35,952 bases of DNA, from positions 1 through 35,952 of the forward strand of contig JAAPAO010000364.1 of the NCBI GenBank assembly GCA_013115145.1, given 5' to 3'. This document shows positions 34,451 to 35,952 of this stretch, piece by piece. Within the stretch, counting starts at the first letter, position 1. Each line of letters starts with the position of its first letter. The notes beneath the pieces were generated by a model. It saw only the letters and a list, made by a program, of their open reading frames with translations. It had not been told where the DNA came from and searched no databases. The translations under genes and the position numbers were made by a program. This stretch comes from Perkinsus chesapeaki ATCC PRA-425. Its lineage: Eukaryota > Protista > Perkinsozoa.

Positions 34451-35606
34451 CTAATCATCGACAACCTCAACTATACCATCTGTTACTTTCAAACGGTCGT
34501 CAATCAACAACTGTATGGCTTCAGGGAGAGCTTCTCGCTCGGCAGCGACCACTTTGTCACGGACAGATTCCCAGCTGTCACTTGAAGACACATTACAAAC
34601 CTGAAACGATTGAAGTCGGCAAACGGTAGTTCGGGAATTATTCAGGCAAGTCAAAGTGGCCGTGAAGGTATCAAGGTCTCTCGGTTTAAGTTACGGCTAA
34701 GCACGTGGGAGGGATAGTCTAGCGAAGCCCTTGTCGGCGTTGGACTGTAAACTCACACACAAAGTCGCAGCCTGGGGTAAAGAACAAGGGACATGTACCT
34801 TTTGCAAGATGATTGGGCCAGCGTCATATTCATTAGTAACAAAATGTACCGTACATCCTGTCACTTTAACACCACGTTTAACAACCGCCCGATGGACCAG
34901 ATCACCATACATGCCCTCACCGCTGAAGGCAGGTATCAAGGACGGGTGGACCTGGACAAATAGAGCTTCTAATTCGATAGTTATCGCATGATCCCATCGG
35001 ATGAGGATCGCTTTAGGTTTCCTACTCAACCTACTTTAGCTTTACAGAGAACTATGTTGGCATTCAAAACCGCATTACCGTACTGAGCCCGCGAACCTAT
35101 TCAATCAGGCGTTGTTGTGTTGACACTCACGTTCAAGCACCTGCCGCATTCCCATTGCGGAGGCAGTTTGTAAAAACACATATAGCCAGCCAATACGAGG
35201 ATATCTGGCTTGTAAGGGGCAAGTGCGGCAGTTACCGCCTCTGACATCGCCCCCCAGTCGGGAACTGTCTTACCAGATTCCTGCACGAGCGTACCTACTC
35301 CGCTTAATCCAGCGGCCGTGGGGGGTTAAGTGGGCTCTATTACGGTATCGCTTGGATTCCACCAAAACCGTCGGTATGTCATGTTTTCTCGCTCTTTCCA
35401 GCCCACCCGCACCAGCCCGCGAAGACAGGACCACAGAAATCTGTGCGTTCCTCAAAGTCCCGCTAAGGTATGCCAAATGACCTCCAGAGAATCACTCCCC
35501 ACGGAAGATACCTCTGGATGCGATCGATTAGGTTCTGTAATGTCGTACCACTCCCAGAGAGCAGAACAGCCAGACGCTTCGGGGAGGCGGACGCTCGAGG
35601 GGCCAT
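34451..35606 (-). CDS. purN: Phosphoribosylglycinamide formyltransferase (stand-alone PurN/GART)
   Basis: MAPRASASPKRLAVLLSGSGTTLQNLID; ISVVLSSRAGAGGLERA; PDILVLAGYM; CLN|VHPSLIPAF..YG..VH; TGCTVHFVTNEYDAGPIILQ; ..VVAAEREALPEAIQLL..VVDD*. Confidence 0.95.
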
Positions 35607-35952
35607 GGGCGTGAAAACTTGCTAAACCATGGGCCTTGCTGACCATAACGTCCATAAACTGGGAAATCATGACGCCAAAATGACAGCAATAGCCAAGTTG
35701 AGCAGGCCGCTATACTGTGTCCGCAAATACTCACCGGTGCAGAACTTCCAGTTTGGGTTCAACGGTTTCTGTGTTAAAGTGCACAAGTTCATGACAGAAA
35801 TTAGCGCGTTTTGGTGCAATTAGCGCGCGCCCGAATTTGAACCCCGGAAGCGTGCCACACTATGGCCTATGGCGGTGCGATCGAATTGAGCAACCTGACT
35901 TTCTTGCTAAACTTGCCAACCTGCTCAATCCTACATTCTCTGCGAACGCTGC

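Noticed and set aside
35822-35895. tRNA-like sequence on the minus strand (GGGGTTCAAATTCGGG with an upstream GTTGCTCAATT)
   Set aside because: The T-stem is out of register, and no acceptor or anticodon stem can be formed.

Overview
Compact, intron-rich eukaryotic DNA. Most introns are 30-60 nt GT-AG. The gene style and a Cys-rich/Thr-mucin secreted protein suggest a Perkinsus-like alveolate; this is an inference, not a database result. Genes recognisable after manual splicing: thrH-type phosphoserine phosphatase (179-905,+), a WW-domain protein, a SUT/SLC45-like sugar transporter (-), kynureninase (-), ALG14 (-), a secreted mucin (-) and a stand-alone PurN (-), plus several hypothetical genes. 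The accessory core (about 10.4-22.9 kb) is a tandem array of four paralogous, uncharacterised multi-pass membrane protein genes. Each has a twofold internal repeat (ASxxV[G/S]LxAxxxLP...GxF[V/T]xxS...G[I/L]GG[K/R][L/F/Y]G). The array shows patchy gene-conversion-like tracts, two 720-nt introns and an intronic minisatellite. Between copies 3 and 4 lies a ~2.6 kb non-coding field with about 27 perfect single-base-centred palindromes, mostly in overlapping chains, versus under 1 expected by chance. Two tRNA 3'-end fragments sit just upstream of orphan ORFs. Exon boundaries were read by eye, and several gene starts are uncertain.
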